From an uncultured Smithella sp. (lineage in GTDB: Bacteria; Desulfobacterota; Syntrophia; Syntrophales; Smithellaceae), in contig CAYMYR010000001.1 of the NCBI GenBank assembly GCA_964394715.1, positions 24,895-88,894 of the forward strand: DNA of 64,000 bases, in the 5' to 3' direction. A model generated the notes under the pieces. It was not told the origin of the DNA, searched no databases, and worked only from the letters and a program-made list of their open reading frames with translations. This document shows, one piece after another, positions 63,115 through 64,000 of this stretch. A program made the position numbers and the translations under genes. Positions within the stretch are counted from its first letter, which is position 1. Each line of letters begins with the position of its first letter.

Positions 63115-63960
63115 TTGAAGTTACCGATCGTTACAGGCACTCTTGACATTTATATTACCGAGATCAACCGCTTTCCGCTCCTGTCTCCCGAAGAAGAATT
63201 CAAACTCGCCGTGCAGCTCAAGAAATACAATGACATGGAGGCCGCGGAAAAGTTAATTGTCTCCAATTTGCGCTTTGTGGTCAAGATTGCCCATGAATAC
63301 CGGAATTACGGTTTCAAACTGGCCGATCTGATCCAGGAAGGCAACATCGGCCTGATTCATGCGGTGAAAAAATTCGACCCCTACAAAGGCTACCGCCTCA
63401 TTTCCTATGCGGTGTGGTGGATTCGCGCCTATATTCAGAATTATCTGATCAAGTCATGGAGCATTGTGAAAATCGGAACAACCCAGGCCCAGAGAAAGCT
63501 TTTTTTCAAATTAAGCCAGGCAAAAAAGGAACTGGAGACCCTTTCGAAAAAGAATCCTGAATTCAGCGAAATTGCGGATTCTCTGGGTGTCAAGGGCTCT
63601 GAGGTCGCCGAAATGGATTTGCGCATGGGCGCGCGCGATTTGTCGCTCAACGAATTCATCAATGATGACGGAGAAACATCGCATCTTGATTTTCTCACGC
63701 ATGACGGTGACAACCAGGAAGTATCGCTGATTAAGCATGAGGAAAGAAGCCTGGTCAAGCGAGACATCGCCGGGGCACTGGCCAATCTCAATGAAAGGGA
63801 AAGCTTTATCATCCAGCACCGTATCATGGCGGATGACCCGCTCACCCTTCAGGAAATCGGCGATAAGTACAATATCACCCGTGAAAGAGCCCGCCAGATC
63901 GAAAAGCAGGCCCTGAAAAAAGTACAGCTGGCCCTTCCCTATCTCAAACCGGACAACTAA
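63115..63960 (+). CDS. rpoH: RNA polymerase sigma-32 (heat-shock sigma factor RpoH)
   Basis: Region 2 reads LRFVVKIAHEYRNYGF.L.DLIQEGNIGL..AVKKFDP. The RpoH box is IVKIGTTQAQRKLFFKL. The region 4 HTH reads LQEIGDKYNITRERARQIEK.AL.K. It uses a TTG start after GAGGAGG. Confidence 0.92.
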   Translation: MKLPIVTGTLDIYITEINRFPLLSPEEEFKLAVQLKKYNDMEAAEKLIVSNLRFVVKIAHEYRNYGFKLADLIQEGNIGLIHAVKKFDPYKGYRLISYAVWWIRAYIQNYLIKSWSIVKIGTTQAQRKLFFKLSQAKKELETLSKKNPEFSEIADSLGVKGSEVAEMDLRMGARDLSLNEFINDDGETSHLDFLTHDGDNQEVSLIKHEERSLVKRDIAGALANLNERESFIIQHRIMADDPLTLQEIGDKYNITRERARQIEKQALKKVQLALPYLKPDN

Positions 63961-64000
63961 ACGCTATCCCGATGTTTCCTCCTTTGCCCAGGGGGAATAG

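Overview
This is a 64-kb chromosomal segment of roughly 50% GC (estimated by eye). It is densely packed with housekeeping genes. Gene content points to an anaerobic Desulfobacterota or Syntrophia-like bacterium, but that placement is a low-confidence inference. The supporting genes are anaerobic glpK-glpABC, a membrane pyrophosphatase, a MetF-MetV fusion, Fe-SOD, hemerythrin and NirJ/Ahb-like radical SAM. I support about 55 CDS and 2 tRNAs, Arg-CCG and Gln-UUG, both found by hand. The core genes are listed here.
- birA (partial at the left edge and absent from the ORF track), nadC, valS, miaA, mutL, ileS, lspA.
- glpK-glpABC, hup, trpS, scpAB, rluB, ihfB-like, sodB, znuABC, amiC, metF/V.
- rpsF-rpsR-(DUF2232)-rplI-dnaB, hppA, pth, ctc, prs, ispE, clpB, rpoH.

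The non-housekeeping parts worth a second look are these.
1. A lower-GC islet lies directly 3' of tRNA-Arg (about 38.4-45.3 kb). It encodes a GT2, a methyltransferase, a flippase-like UPF0104 protein, a zinc-ribbon protein and a GT-C/ArnT-like glycosylation module. These are followed by a secreted repeat-rich fibre protein with a Peptidase_S74 intramolecular-chaperone domain.
2. A minus-strand block (19.4-24.6 kb) holds a coupled UbiA-prenyltransferase and radical-SAM/SPASM pair. Next to it is a stand-alone subtilase-prodomain paralogue. Next to that is an S8 protease with two FN3 domains and a CFIATAA-type C-terminal anchor domain.
3. An orphan LsrF-like thiolase is translationally coupled to a Zn-dependent dehydrogenase.
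4. A PK_C-like/DAC (DacZ/CdaZ-type) diadenylate cyclase is co-transcribed with clpB and divergent from rpoH.
5. Several families of short interspersed intergenic repeats occur, including two copies of a 150-175 bp MITE-like element and tandem CAAGGNN heptamer tracts.

I saw no CRISPR array, integrase, transposase or recognisable defence genes. All functional calls come from motif and homology recognition by eye and need HMM or BLAST confirmation.
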